NCBI GenBank assembly: GCA_963693365.1
Contig: CAVNZM010000006.1
Location: 5,063,264-5,127,263 of the forward strand
Length of the DNA stretch: 64,000 nt
Direction of reading: 5' to 3'
Origin: Amoebidium appalachense
Taxonomy: Eukaryota > Protista > Ichthyosporea
The notes under the pieces were generated by a model. It was given only the letters and a program-made list of their open reading frames with translations. It searched no databases and was not told the origin of the DNA. A program made the position numbers and the translations under genes. Positions 1-29,926 of the stretch are shown in pieces (position 1 is the stretch's first letter; each line of letters starts with the position of its first letter).

Positions 1-559
1 GGGGGGGGGGGGAGGAAGGGGGGGATACGGAGTTAGCACGAGTCTGCATCTGTGATGGGTTGAGTATTTGCACATGAGCAATCGTCAAGAATACGTAGTG
101 AATCAATAATAATTGCGACGCAAGAATACAAATAAATTATCTAAATACCTTGTTGAAGACTACATATTAAGTGCAAATAGGTATTTTTATAGACTTATTA
201 AGAGTGGCAGGGCGATTGTAAATGAAGAAGTGTTAAAACTACATACACCACCCTCATAAAAGTGCAGAGCATTGCACATGTGTACGTGAACGCAACATGA
301 AAATACAAATGCATACAAAGAAATGCATAGTAATGTCTACTGACTATAGTTCACCACGACAGTGTGTATGTGTATACACAACACACCATCTCTGATTTCT
401 GATTTTCATGAACCAGACCACCGCAGGTTCACATAAAAACACATGAACCAAAAGGGTAAATCATCAGAAAACCCACGTAACCAGCACAAAGAACAGTGCA
501 CATCCTTAAACGAGAGCAGAGAAATATTAAAGCAAAAAAAGGGGACATCTGGTACGTAC

Positions 560-8856
<8,297 letters not shown>

Positions 8857-10003
8857 AGTGTAATGCTAAACGCATGGATGTAATGGTGGTGCTAGGTTTA
8901 GGAAAGATGTATGTTGCTCATACCGGACAAACAGTATACGTACATACCAGAAACCTGTCAACATCAAGATCACACTGACAGAGATGCAGCGTGTGTCACA
9001 CGTGTCTTTACAGAAGGATGACGGCTAACCAGAGCAACCAGGCCCTCTTTGATCTGAAAACTTGCAAAAGCGAAGAATGTAAGTTGGCCCCTAAACCCCT
9101 TCAGCTAGCTTTAGGTTGCATGCTTCATATTATCCTACTAATATTAATAATACACAAGGCAGGAGGTCCATGTGAACTTTTTGCCAACCGTTTTTTTAGC
9201 TGTTCGCAAATGAGGGCCAATAAAAAGAAAAAAAGATAACTGATATGCATTCCAGAGAGATAAGCTAAATGCGCTCGGATTATGATTGGATGAACACGCA
9301 CCACCTAACCGATCGTCATCTATGACGTAAGCAGTACCTTCACGCCTGTATGACCGTCGTACCCTGCAGTACGCTTCATTCATTTCGGTTTATTTAGAGG
9401 AGGAGTCTAATATCGACACTTTAACAGGCTAAATTAAAACGTGAGGTGAGGTTTGTTTATTTATGTTCTTGATGGACTTCTTCCAGTTTTAGCGTGCATA
9501 TTTTCCTCCTTCATTGCCCTGCGGTCCTTCCATTCTCAGAGGGCTCACGATTCACAAAAATAGAGTCTTCACATGTAGACTAAAACAAGGCGCAATCATT
9601 GCATGACCGCGGCCTTTCAAAATTTGCAGAACAAGCGCATGCATCTCTTCAAGTTTGTGTAGCAACTTTCCAGCTGTGTAGAAAAACATGAGCACAGCGG
9701 TGGTGTTTATGTTCTTTTAATAGAAACCTAATGGGCATGTACCCCCTTGTTTGACTTTCCGTTTGTTTCCTTTGTGCTGTCAACTCAAACGCCCATGAGA
9801 GTTTTAGTGGACGGAAACTTTATCGGAATTTTCATAATACTCTCCCCGCACGTCTAGAGCTACATCCTATACAACGCCTGAGGACGACGAGACAAACATA
9901 TATACAGAGCAACTTGATTCACAATCGGCCTACCGAAAGTGTGATTCACAAACTGCCTACTGAAAACCAAACGTCGTCTAGGTGCAGACATTCCTTGATC
10001 AAG
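8857..10003. promoter_or_regulatory. Putative divergent promoter region between OSBP (-) and FIBP (+)
   Basis: Lies between head-to-head start codons and is free of the homopolymer/microsatellite tracts that fill introns. Depends on the tentative OSBP first exon. Confidence 0.5.
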
Positions 10004-18458
<8,455 letters not shown>

Positions 18459-19290
18459 TAGTGGTATGGTAGTGGGATGTTGGGTGTGTTGTTTGTGATG
18501 CCCGTAGTTTGGGTAGGGCAACGTTTTTTTTTGTTTTTGTTTTTTTGTTTTTTTTTTTTGTTTTTTTTGGGGGGGGGGGGGGGGGGGAGGGGCGCGGGGA
18601 GGGGGCGGGGGGAGGAGGGGGGGGGATGTAGGTATTGTTGTGTAGGGGACGGAATATGTGTGGGGGTGGGTGTTTTTTTATTTGCGCTGTGTGCATGCAC
18701 GTTAGTGTTTTGCTCGTGTTCGTTCTAGGCGAGCCTTCAAATTTGGCTTGTTATGGTGTGCGACAGCGGATACACAGAGAATGTTTTTGTGTGTATGGCA
18801 GTGTAGTTAGGTTTTTTGGATTGTACATTCCATTTCAACGGTTGGTGTCCAAGCATGGATATTGTATGTGCTTGTGACACTGTTGTGCGCAGCGTGCGTT
18901 AGAACGATGCAAGGTAGCGCCATCTCAGATGTTCTATGATTCTTTCATATGTTGCAGCGAATGAATATGTATGCATGAATGTGTTAACGTTGAAGGGACG
19001 AATAAAAGTGATGCAAGATGCCAGCAAGAGTTACTGATAATTACCTTCGCACTTCTCATAGTGTGTGGCATAACAGATGTGTAGGAGCAGTAAGACCGCC
19101 AGATGATCTGGAGAGACGGGGAGAGGGGGGGGGGGGGGGGGGGGGGGGGATATGGAGGGAGAGAGGGGGGGGGGGGGGGGGGGGGGAGGGGGGGAGGGAG
19201 ATCAGATAGAGAGAGGGGGAGAGAGGAGAGAAAGAGAAACTTTGAAACAGAGAAGAAGTGGGAGAGAGGGGGGGAGGGAAGGGGGGGGAA

Positions 19291-19324
<34 letters not shown>

Positions 19325-19611
19325 GGGGGCCGGGGGCCGGGGGGCCGGGGGGGCCGGGAGGGCCCGGGAGGCTGGGGGGACCCACTGCAGAACGTTAAAC
19401 TGAGTCAGACAGGGCCCTATGGAGGGAGGAGAGCGAGCACGAGGGCGAGGAGGAGAGAGACTTTCAGGTCTTGAGTGAGTAATCAATTAATACTGAAAGA
19501 GAGGTAAAGTGTGAGTTTGTTGAAGATGGAGGGAGGTGACTGTACACGTGTGTTTGTGTGTTTGACATGTGTGATCGGTTTAAGGGGCCTTAATAGACCG
19601 AGTGTCACAGT

Positions 19612-19648
19612 CAAGGCCTCCTAAATAGCTCACCTTTAGGAGGCCTTG
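19612..19648. mobile_element. 37-bp hAT-type miniature element
   Basis: Perfect 14-bp TIRs CAAGGCCTCCTAAA / TTTAGGAGGCCTTG around a 9-bp spacer, flanked by the 8-bp direct repeat GTCACAGT (19604-19611, 19649-19656). An 8-bp TSD and a YARNG terminus are hAT hallmarks. Confidence 0.75.
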
Positions 19649-20796
19649 GTCACAGTGCATGGCCTGTTTGTGTCACGGTGTGTGCGTGCGTGCGTGTACT
19701 TGTGTGTGTGGTCGGTTACACGGAGTCTGCACGGCCTATTTATGTGTGTGTGCCAGTGCGTCAATATCAGTTCAGTACATGTGCGTAGTGTGTGTACTGT
19801 ACATGTGTGTGTGTGTGTGTGTGTGTGCGTGTGTGTGCGTTTGTGTGCGTGTGTCAGTGTGTTTTTTTTTGGGGGGGGTGTTGCCTGCTACAGCCTGAAT
19901 TGACGTTCAGTTGTGCACACCAGTCAGACCAAACTGAGACGGTAACAGGACTTTCGTGAAACAACGTTGCGCATGCCCCGCTACAAAGATCTCAAGAGCA
20001 ACGCGTGTGGCAGCGTGTTTTAGCCCGATACAACATCCGATCATGATATCATGTATCATCCAGAGCTGAGGGGATACTATCATACAGCCCCCGATAACAA
20101 ACCGTTGCATAATCCCCACCCATACACCGAAAAATACATATATTCTGGGAAAGGGTCGCGATATGCACGACCAAACAATATGTACTTGTTTTTCAGGTGG
20201 AGATCGAAGACACAAAGGCCGGTGGATGCCAGCCTGTTGGAATGCACGTTCGCATTTTTTCGGGAGCTCCTCGATAAAACTTCACAGCATTGCAGCATAT
20301 GCAACGATATACCACATGTGTAGTACCCTATTTTAATATGAGAATACTGTGAATACAACTGATGTCAAGCGTTGAAAAGACTCGATATTGAAGTATTGGC
20401 ACGTTATGTACATAATTATTGTACAGAATTCTTATGTTATATTGTGGCTGTAGCCTGTCAGGCATCACGAAGCTCGCAAATATGCATATCAGTTTGGCCA
20501 TGCTAAGGAATATAATGCATGGAATGCGTTTTATCCTCGTGTAAATGCTTTTGACAATTGCATCGCTGATTGGTGTGTGTGTGTCTGTCTGCGTGCGTAC
20601 CACGGGCTGTCTGTTTGTGCTTGTGTGTGTGGTTTTGTTTGTGTATGCACATGTGCATGTGTGTTTGAGTGTGTGTGTGTGTGCGCACGTGTGTGTGTGT
20701 GTGTGTGTTCGCGTGTTTCTCGGCGTGCAGGCAAGCGAGTGCATGTATGTACACACCTGTGTTACAGGTTTACGTGGGCACGTGTGCCTGTGCCTA

Positions 20797-20827
<31 letters not shown>

Positions 20828-21072
20828 TCCGCACGTGTGTGTGCCCGTGTCTGATTAAGTGTGCGTTTCTCCCTGATCCTCTGGTGGGTTTCAACAACGA
20901 AAGCTCGCCTAATTCTGACTGTCAATACTCCAGATCAATAAGAACATCTGCCTACCATTCGCCCTAAAACACTTCAGGAAGCACGGCTGTTGCCGACAAG
21001 CCCTCAATCAGAAAACTCATGCAGTCATGCACACCAGGAAACGAACATTCATTAAAAACAGACCCCCCCCCG

Positions 21073-21114
<42 letters not shown>

Positions 21115-21287
21115 ACCACCACCACCACCACCACTTCATCCCCGCCAACAAGCCAGAACCCCCTCCCCCCCCCCCCCCCCCAACCCCCTCCTTCCGCGCA
21201 CCCCCCCCCCCCCCCCCCTCCCCCCGGGGCCCCAGTTCCGCCTTCTAAACCTCACCGGTCCCTGTATCCCTCGTTCATATCAACCAT

Positions 21288-22240
21288 TCATTCATCCACA
21301 TTATCCTCATCCTCGCCATCATCATTCATATCCTCGGAACTGTCCTCATGTGATATGTCATGGTCTCTTAACCCCAGGCTACTGGCCACTGCGCTCCACA
21401 CAGCCCCAAACCCTGCCCCGGGGGGAACCCTCATATGCATATGGCTGATTTCATCTCCCTCGCTATCTTCATCCTCATCCTCGTCCATTTCCTCATCGTC
21501 ATCGTCCATTTCCTCGTCGTCCTCGTCCATTTCCTCGTCGTCATCCTCGTTATCATCATCATCCTCGTCGTCTTCATCCTCATCCTCGTCCATTTCATCC
21601 TCGTCCTCGTCATCTTCATCCTCGTCATCTTCAAGACGGTCCGCTGCTACCACTCGATGTTGGCACACCGGACATGTGCCTGTGGGGGGAGGGGAGGGGG
21701 GAGGGGGGGGGGTTTGAATGCGGAACACAGTACGAAGTACGCATACACGATGAGAAGCATGGTGCAGGACACATGCAAAGGCAAACATTCAAGTATGCAG
21801 CATCAGCCATGCGCACAGTATGCGTCATAAGCAGAGCCCGGGGGAGGGGGGGGGGGGGGGAAGGGCAGGACGCGGGGGGGGGGGGGGGGGGGGAGGAGGA
21901 GGGGCGGGAGGGTTGGAGGGGGGGGGGGGGGAGGGGGGAGGAGGAGGGTGAGGGTGAGGGGAACGATTATGTGTCACACGGTGAAAAAAGTGAAGAGTAA
22001 GGGCAAGATGAAGTGAGAGAGGATATGCAGACGGGCAGAGGTGGATAGGTCTGGAGTGGGGTTCCGATTGGGTTACAGAGTACTGAGTACTAATTCCATG
22101 CGGACAACACATTGCAGGCTCTGTGTGCTACTGAAGACACAACTTGCCTCACTTTACTCATATGGTCATATAACCCCCCCCAACCCCTCCCCCTTCCCCC
22201 CCAAACCTTCCCCCCCCCCCTCCCCCTCCCCCCTCCCCCC

Positions 22241-22271
<31 letters not shown>

Positions 22272-22527
22272 AAAAAACAAAAAAACAAAAAAAAAACGAC
22301 ATCTCCCTACCAAAACCCACCACCAACCCCCATCCCCATCAATACCACACGAATTACCCCATTATTATTCATCTTTGTCTACTTCTCTCTGTACATGTAA
22401 GCTCTTCGGCAGACCACGAGCCGCCTAACACGCACATACAGTCTGTGTGTGCATGTGTGGTTGAGTGTGTGCGTGTGCGTGTGTGTGTGGTGGTGGTGGT
22501 GGTGGTGGTGGTGGTGGTGGTGGGGAT

Positions 22528-22579
<52 letters not shown>

Positions 22580-22879
22580 GAAGGTGCATGGAAGTGTGGG
22601 TGGCTAAGAATGATACGTGCTTGTGTGTGCACGTGTGCGCACGCACGCTGCGCGTGTGTGTGTGGTGTGTGTGTGTGCACGCATGTGTGCGTGTTTGTGT
22701 GTGTTTGTGCTCGTGTGTGTGTGAGAGGAAAAAACGTGTTTAAGGGTCTATGCCTGTGTGTGTGTGTGTGTGAGTCTGTGTGTGTGTGTGTGTGCGTGTG
22801 TGTGTGCGGGTGTGTGCGTGTGTGTGGTCACAATCGATGAGTAGTGCATAATGTGCATATGCGCGCTCGGTTGTATATG

Positions 22880-22966
<87 letters not shown>

Positions 22967-23521
22967 ATGCACATTTGTCCGTGTCTGGACACACATGTGC
23001 GCCTGTGTGCGCACTTTTCCACAAACCTTTCTTCAGCAGCCACTGGTCTATGCATGTCCTGTGGTATCGGTGCATGCACGGAAGCGTCTTCACATGTTCC
23101 CCAGCCTGCAGTCACACCAGTACCAATCAGAAACATGTGTGAAAAAGGCAGAGAATATCGAAAGGTGGGTGAGGAGGGGGGATGAGAAGAGAAGGACGTG
23201 GTAAGGAGTAGGTAAATGAGTGAGAAACGCGCCGGTGAAGGAGTCGGAAAGAGGGCGGGCAGGGGAAGAGAGGGGGGGGGGGGGGGGGAGGAGAAGGGGC
23301 AGGGGGAGGGGGAGGGGAGGAGGATGGGGGGGGGGGGAGGGCGGGGAGGGGAGGGGGGGGGGGGGGGGGAGGGGAGGGAGCACAGAGCCAAGTATTGTCA
23401 TTTAGCATGCGATTCGCAGAAAACACAATGGGTGCATGAACTGAAAGCAGACTTCATGACTCTCTCAGGGGTCAAGGCCTTTGCTGGGGTGGGGTGGGGT
23501 GGGATGTGTGTGTGTGCATAT

Positions 23522-23552
<31 letters not shown>

Positions 23553-23823
23553 GGGGGGAGTCGCATGGTTGGGTGTACATCTGCTATTACAACTACGCAA
23601 GCAGTGCCAGCACCATAGGAATTTGGGCCCAAGAACATGAGAATAAGGAAACAACCGCACACACATATTTGTTCTTGATTGTGCCCACAGTGGAATCCAG
23701 AGAGATGGGCCGGGCAAGAGCGCACACAACTCGGCCGGGGAGAGCACACACCGCACAACTGACATGCACACATGAACAGAGAGAAGCACGCAATAAAGCA
23801 AGCATACACACAGGCACGGACAC

Positions 23824-23862
<39 letters not shown>

Positions 23863-24224
23863 GACACACACACATACACACACACACACAAACACATACA
23901 CCACATCCAAACCCTCCCCTTCCCCCCTCCCCCTTCCTCCCCCATCTCCTTCCACGATACCATTCACACAGAGTAAAAGGGGCAGAAGGAGACAGAGGGT
24001 GGCACAAGGGGGGAGGGGGGGAGGGGGGGGGGGGTTTGAATGCGTCAAAAAGTACGAAGTACACAAGAACAAACGGATAAAAAAATTCGCAATCAGAGGG
24101 GAAAATATGAGATTTGACCCACGCCGCAGGGTAGTAACATGCTTACTAGGGCGGAACTTTATCGTCTTTGAACGGAAAGCTATGCCCCCGGATGTCAGCC
24201 GGAAATATGGTATCACCCATTGCT

Positions 24225-24275
<51 letters not shown>

Positions 24276-24891
24276 GGAAGGTGTACCTCATATGCCGAGT
24301 AGCACACTATACAATCCTCTGTCAGACCACCTCCATGCACCATTATTGGTAGCGCCGCAACAATGGCTTCTGGGCCGGCTGTAGGTTGTTGTTTTTTTTT
24401 TTGTTTTTTGTTTTTTTTTTTGGGGGGGGGGGGGGAGGGGAGGGGGAGGGGGGGAGGGGGAGGGGGGGGGGGGGGGGGAGGGGAGGGGGGCGGGGAGGGG
24501 GTTACAATGGGTTACAGAACACGAAGTATACATTCACGACGGAACAACACAAACCACATATAGAGAGTATGCATTATTAGAAAGGGCCTATCCTCAGGCT
24601 CGGCCTAGGTCGGGGATGGGAAGGTTTGGGAGGGAGGGGTGGGGTGGGTGGGGGGGGGGGGGGGGGGGAGGGGGCAGGGAGGGAGGGGGGGGGAAGGGGG
24701 GGGGGGGGGGGGGGGGGGGAGGCGGAGGGGGGCGCTCACACCACCTTCCACGTGTCGATACTAGCCTTGAGCTCCCCTCTTCCCCCCTCCCCCCCTTCCC
24801 CCTCACCCTTCCCCTCCCCGGCTCCCCCTCCTCCCCCCACCCCCTTCTCTCCTAACTCCACTCGACACGCACACACACAAGGATACATGTA

Positions 24892-24931
<40 letters not shown>

Positions 24932-25690
24932 CCCCGCCGACCGGAACGCAACCTGCAAGCCTGCACATACGCACAAGCCCAAATCCACGACATCACAACA
25001 CAAGAGGCTGGAGAGGGGTGGCGAAAAGGGGATGTAAAGGGTAGAGTGTGAGTGTGGATGGGAGTGGAAAGAAGACAGAAGGAGAAGGGGCGGCAGTGAC
25101 GGGAGGAAAGGGGAGAAGGGGGGGGGAAAGGAGGGGGGCGGAGGGGCGGGGGGGGGGGGGGGGGGGGGGGGGACAGGAGGACATAGGGGTGGATGAGGGG
25201 GGGGGGGGGGGGAGGAGGACGAGGGAGGGGGAGGGGGGGAAGACAGCAGGAGGGAGGGAAGGGGGGGGGGGGAGAGAGGAGGGAGGGAGAGGGGGGGGGG
25301 GGGGGGAGAGAGGGAGGGGGAAGGGGAAAGGGGAGGGGGGGAGGGGGGGGGGGGGGGGGGGGGGGGGGGAGCGGGCAGAAATATCGAACAAAAAAACAAA
25401 AACAAAGGGAAGATGAGGGAGAGGTAACATGGACGCGAGGAGAGAGTTCGTATAGACCACGTAAGGTGTCCGTGAGTGCACGTATTGTACATATCGAGAC
25501 AAATCAATTTACTCGAACACGTGTAGAGCCGGTGTGTGTGTGTGTGTGCCCGCGTGCATTACCTTTTATGCTTACTTGTATTTAGGTATGTGTGCTTGTG
25601 TGTGTGTGCGTGTGTGCACGGGTGTGTGCAGGTCGGCCACTGTGTGAATACACATGTGTGAGTGTGTGTGTGTGCACGTGCATGTGGGTG

Positions 25691-25729
<39 letters not shown>

Positions 25730-26177
25730 ATGTGCCTGGGTGCGCCGGAGTGCGTGCATGCGCATGCGAGTCTGTATGCGGGTGCGTGTGCATGTGTGTG
25801 TGTGTATATATTTGTGTGCGCCGGTGCATGTGTGTGCATTTCTGTGTGTATGGGGGTGGGGGGGGAGGTGTGCATATGTGTGTGTGTGTATGTTTGCGTT
25901 TTGCAAGTGTGTATGTACATGTGGGTGCCCACATGTTTCGGTCTATGTGTGCAGGTGTGTCCACATGTGCATTGATGTTCAAAACCATCGAACGTACGCA
26001 TACTTTTGTGTTCGTTTACGTGGTTAAGCATAAAACGAGTCCGACTCTTGGTATCCGATTCTTTGCCTCAATAGAGGAAAGAAGACGGGAAGATCTCCCC
26101 CCCCCTCCCCCCCCCTCCCCCCCCCCCCCTCTCCCTCCCGTTTTCTTTCTTTCACTAACCCAAACAGTCGGCGACAG

Positions 26178-26221
<44 letters not shown>

Positions 26222-26393
26222 GAAGGCGGAACACGGTAGGAAGTACGCATACACGAAGGACACATGCAAAGGCAAACATTCAAGTATGCAACATAGCCAT
26301 GCGCACAGTATGCGTCATAAGCAGAGCCCATCCTCAGGGAGGGACCAAGTCATCAATTGCGTCTGAGTTTCGACCCTTAGCCCGCGCATATAG

Positions 26394-26424
<31 letters not shown>

Positions 26425-27027
26425 AACCATTTTCATTCTGGCCGACACGTAGTTTCAGGTCTTGTTCCTGCAAAAAGGAAAAAAAGAAAACCAGTGTGAG
26501 TGTGCAAGGTAGCACGATAATAAAACGATCCATGCTTGTGATTGTTTAGTCAGGTTGTGTGTTTCCAGTGGAGAAAGGGGGAAGAGGGGGAGAGGGAGAG
26601 GGAGGAGGGGAGGGGGGGGAGGGGGGGGGGAGGACGAGCGACAGCAGGTTTTTTTTCCCCACCAGAGGAAGGGGATGGGGGGGGAGGTGGTGTGTGTGTG
26701 TGTGTGTGTCTGTGTGGCGGGGGGGGGGGGGGGGGGGGGGGAGGGGGAGGGGGAGGGGGGGGGGGGGGGGATGGGGGAATGTGCTTTCAAAACGTTTGAG
26801 GTGAAATTGGGGATTTGGGTAGCGGGCAAGGGGAGGACTACGAAGTACTCGGATATACGACAAAGGGTTACTTGCGGAACGCAGAATGGATTGCAAAGAA
26901 GTGCACGCACAGAGCACGGAAACACCAAGACAGCCCATCCAGGCAGGCGGAGCTAGTGTGTGTGTGTGGGTGGGTGGGTGGGTGGGTGGGTGGGTGGGTG
27001 GGTGGGTGGGTGGGTGGGTGGGTGGGT

Positions 27028-27084
<57 letters not shown>

Positions 27085-27538
27085 GGGGGGGGGGGAGGGG
27101 GAGACAAGGGGAAGAGGGGGGGGATGGGGAGGGGGGAAAAAAGGATGCGGGGAAGGGGGGGGATGGGTTGAAGTTGATAGACCGTACCTGCAATGCCTTT
27201 GCAAACTGAAGATCCGCATGTGTTTGTTGCTCGACCATAAGCCTCCTTTTTTTCCCAACCAAATGATTAGGACTCAACGGCATCGGATGTGCCCTCTCTG
27301 TTAGAAAAACGGGGTTCTCTCTTCCAAAAATCCGCTAATGTGGCCACACAGTACAACCGTGTTTTGAATTGCAACAACGGCCCATATGGCGTGTTTACGT
27401 GAACCGTGTAACCAGGCGTATGAGTGTATGTATGTAAACATAAAGACGTGAACCCGACGTGAATGTATGTAAGCGCGCGTGCGCGGGTGTGTACATGTGT
27501 GTGCATGTGTATATGTGTGTGCGTGTGTACGTGTGTGC

Positions 27539-27586
<48 letters not shown>

Positions 27587-27804
27587 ACGTGTGTGTGTGT
27601 ACATGTGCGCTTGTGTGTGCGTGTGCATGTGTGTGTGTGTGTGCATGTGCAAAAACGCTATCATGTCCATACGAATACGCCGTCGGATTGAGCACGAGAA
27701 ATACTGTGAGAACCTTGCACAGAACATGGAAATCCAAAAGGAAAATGTGTTGTTGTTATCCAGGAGACCGAGTGAGAGGTAGCAAGAAGCAGGCAGGGAG
27801 AAGA

Positions 27805-27857
<53 letters not shown>

Positions 27858-29269
27858 AGGAGGAAGATGGGAGAGAGGAGGATCCGGAGGAAGAGGGCGG
27901 GAGAAAACAGGGATAGGGGGAGGGGGGGGGGGGGGGGAGGGGGGAGGGGGGAGGAAGAAGGTGGGTAGCGGTCTGGAGGGACAAGGAGAGATTTGGGAAG
28001 GGGAGAGAGGGGGGGAGGGGGAGGGGAGGGAGGGGAGGGAGGGGGGGGGGGGGAATAGTACTGTTGTTCCCTTTGCTGGGCAGCCTCTCTATCAAACTCT
28101 TCCTGCAGTCTCCGTGCATATTCCTCATCAGCATTGACATCGTGGTGGTGGTGATGGCCAACCCCGGACCGTCCGGGTTTCCTGCTTGCCGTGGAATGAG
28201 TGCCCACGCGTAAAAAGCTCATAGGGAGGATCAGAATCATGCTTCGCGGAAGATTAATGGAGGACTCAAAAATATGAGACAGGGTCAAGCTGCAGGAAAA
28301 GAAACGGCATAAAGCCAGGCCTGCTTGACTACCAAATAACCGAGCGGCTCCAAGAACGACGACAAAACCAAAACCAATGACAATACTCAACGGTAGTGTT
28401 CGTCAAGCTAAACTCTTTTTATATCCCTTCCACTACCGCTGTTTCTTCCCCCTTGCTCCTCCCCCTCCAACCCCACCCCCTCATCCCCCTCCCTTCCGCG
28501 CCCCCCCTCCCTCCCCACCTCTCCCCCACCCAGCAATCTCTACCCAGTTCCACAACCACCTGCTCCCTCCCCTTCCAAACACAGCTTGCCACACTCAGCA
28601 ACAGATGGCATTGAACTATGTCAGCGCCATCGTGCTTGTAAGAAAATTGCCGTCAGGTGGCCAACAAGGATGCTCTTCCACGCATATTGTGTGTGCGGTG
28701 TGCAAGCGTGGCTGTGCAAGCGTGACATGTGTGAGTGTGTGTATATTGTCATAGGTATGGGTGGGTGTGTGCATAGGTGTACTCGTGTTTGAGCCTGGAA
28801 GTGCGTGTGAGAGTGTGCACGAGGGTTATAAGAGTAGGGAATAAGAGGTGTGCCGGTGTGGGAGCTTACACTTAAACTCGCAATGGCCTGGAGTGTACAT
28901 GGTAAGACCAAGCAGCGGGATATGGCTGGGGTTGGATGTGTTCCGGCTAACCATGAGCACAGCATGGGTGGGATGAACAGAAAGGAAGAGGAAGCAGTTT
29001 GAAGGAGGAGAAAGGGACAGGGCGAGAGAGAGAGGAGTGGGGGGGGGAGGTAATAAGGGGCGAATATGAGGGGCGGCGGGGTGGTAAGGAAAAGCTTTAG
29101 AAGAGTTGAGTGGGGGAAGGGAGGGGGGAGGAAAGGAGGGGTGGCGCGGGGGGAGGGGGGGGGGGGGGAAGGGGGGAGGTGAGAGGGGGATGGCTGTGGT
29201 GCACTTTGAGTGAACTAACCTGTCACCTGGAGTGCCACCAGAACTTCTCCTCCTGGTTGCTCGATGCAT
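21288..29269 (-). CDS. RING-H2 (C3H2C3) E3 ubiquitin ligase with N-terminal UIM-like helices and an acidic C-terminal tail
   Basis: Exons 24287-24378 ([21 protein letters not shown]), 23027-23105 ([26 protein letters not shown]) and 21288-21679 ([10 protein letters not shown] + D/E tail) give a complete RING-H2. Upstream exons: 29220-29269 (ATG), 28062-28181 ([16 protein letters not shown]), 27188-27297 ([10 protein letters not shown]), 26428-26467. One or more small middle exons are unresolved. Confidence 0.85.
21711..21839 (-). repeat. Intronic ~130-bp repeat superfamily, A-type copy
   Basis: Nearly identical to 41425-41565 and to 26217-26343 (which has an internal deletion). + strand: GGTTTGAATGCGGAACACAGTACGAAGTACGCATA...GGACACATGCAAAGGCAAACATTCAAGTATGCAGCATCAGCCATGCGCACAGTATGCGTCATAAGCAGAGCCC. 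Confidence 0.9.
26217..26343 (-). repeat. Intronic repeat superfamily, A-type copy with internal deletion
   Basis: Matches 21711-21839 and 41425-41565; flanked by poly-G. Confidence 0.88.
26966..27030 (+). repeat. (GGGT)n tetranucleotide repeat, G-quadruplex-forming
   Basis: About 16 tandem GGGT units. Confidence 0.9.
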
Positions 29270-29873
29270 TTCGATTGTAGGTGTTGAAACTCAGCCAAAA
29301 TGTTGTTTCGTGCCTCCAAAAGAACCCAGCCACTGGGCAAAGGTCAGCTTAGGTTAACCTGAAACTCCCGCACCCTGGAAGTTCTCTGAATGGTAAAGTG
29401 TGCCCGGCGCAGGGTGCACTTTTTGGCTCAGAAGACTTGTGTCATTCATGCAGAGGACAGAGAAACAAGCCAGGCATAAACAAGAAAATGCCTGTCACAT
29501 AAGGAGTTTTCTAAAAACGCTCACTCGTGTATGTTGCTAATTAAACTTCCAACATCGTTGCCACAGTTTCAGGTCTTGTTGTCTATCAGTTCACGTTAGT
29601 GGTTGTGGTTAACCTTTCTACTCGTTTCATCCCTTGCCCGCCAAAAACGAAGAGTCACGGAACTTCGAAGCCTACGTACGTAGTATATTCGGCCGTGGGC
29701 GTAGACAGTGGCCTCAGTGTGCCCGGTGGGCCGTCGGCCCGTCAGTCGGTGGCGCGTCATGATCGTCATCGAAATAACACAGCCAATCAGGTCGCGTAAC
29801 CGAACATACCTAACTTTTTAAACCAATAGGAGTTATCGAAATTCCCGCCAAAATGGGGGGGGCGGCCCCCGGG

Positions 29874-29926
<53 letters not shown>

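Noticed and set aside
21711-21839. tRNA-derived SINE or snoRNA identity for the repeat family
   Set aside because: No convincing A/B boxes, poly-A tail or TSD. C/D-like (TGAGGA, CTGA) and terminal ACA motifs are inconsistent among copies, so it is left unclassified.
23216-24352. 378-aa + strand ORF
   Set aside because: Antisense to RING-gene introns and an exon, low complexity, no domain.
24953-26002. Chain of small RING-gene exons (25933-26002, 25563-25574, 24953-24960)
   Set aside because: The phases chain correctly, but exon 26428-26467 also joins 24287-24378 in frame without them, and there is no homology support.
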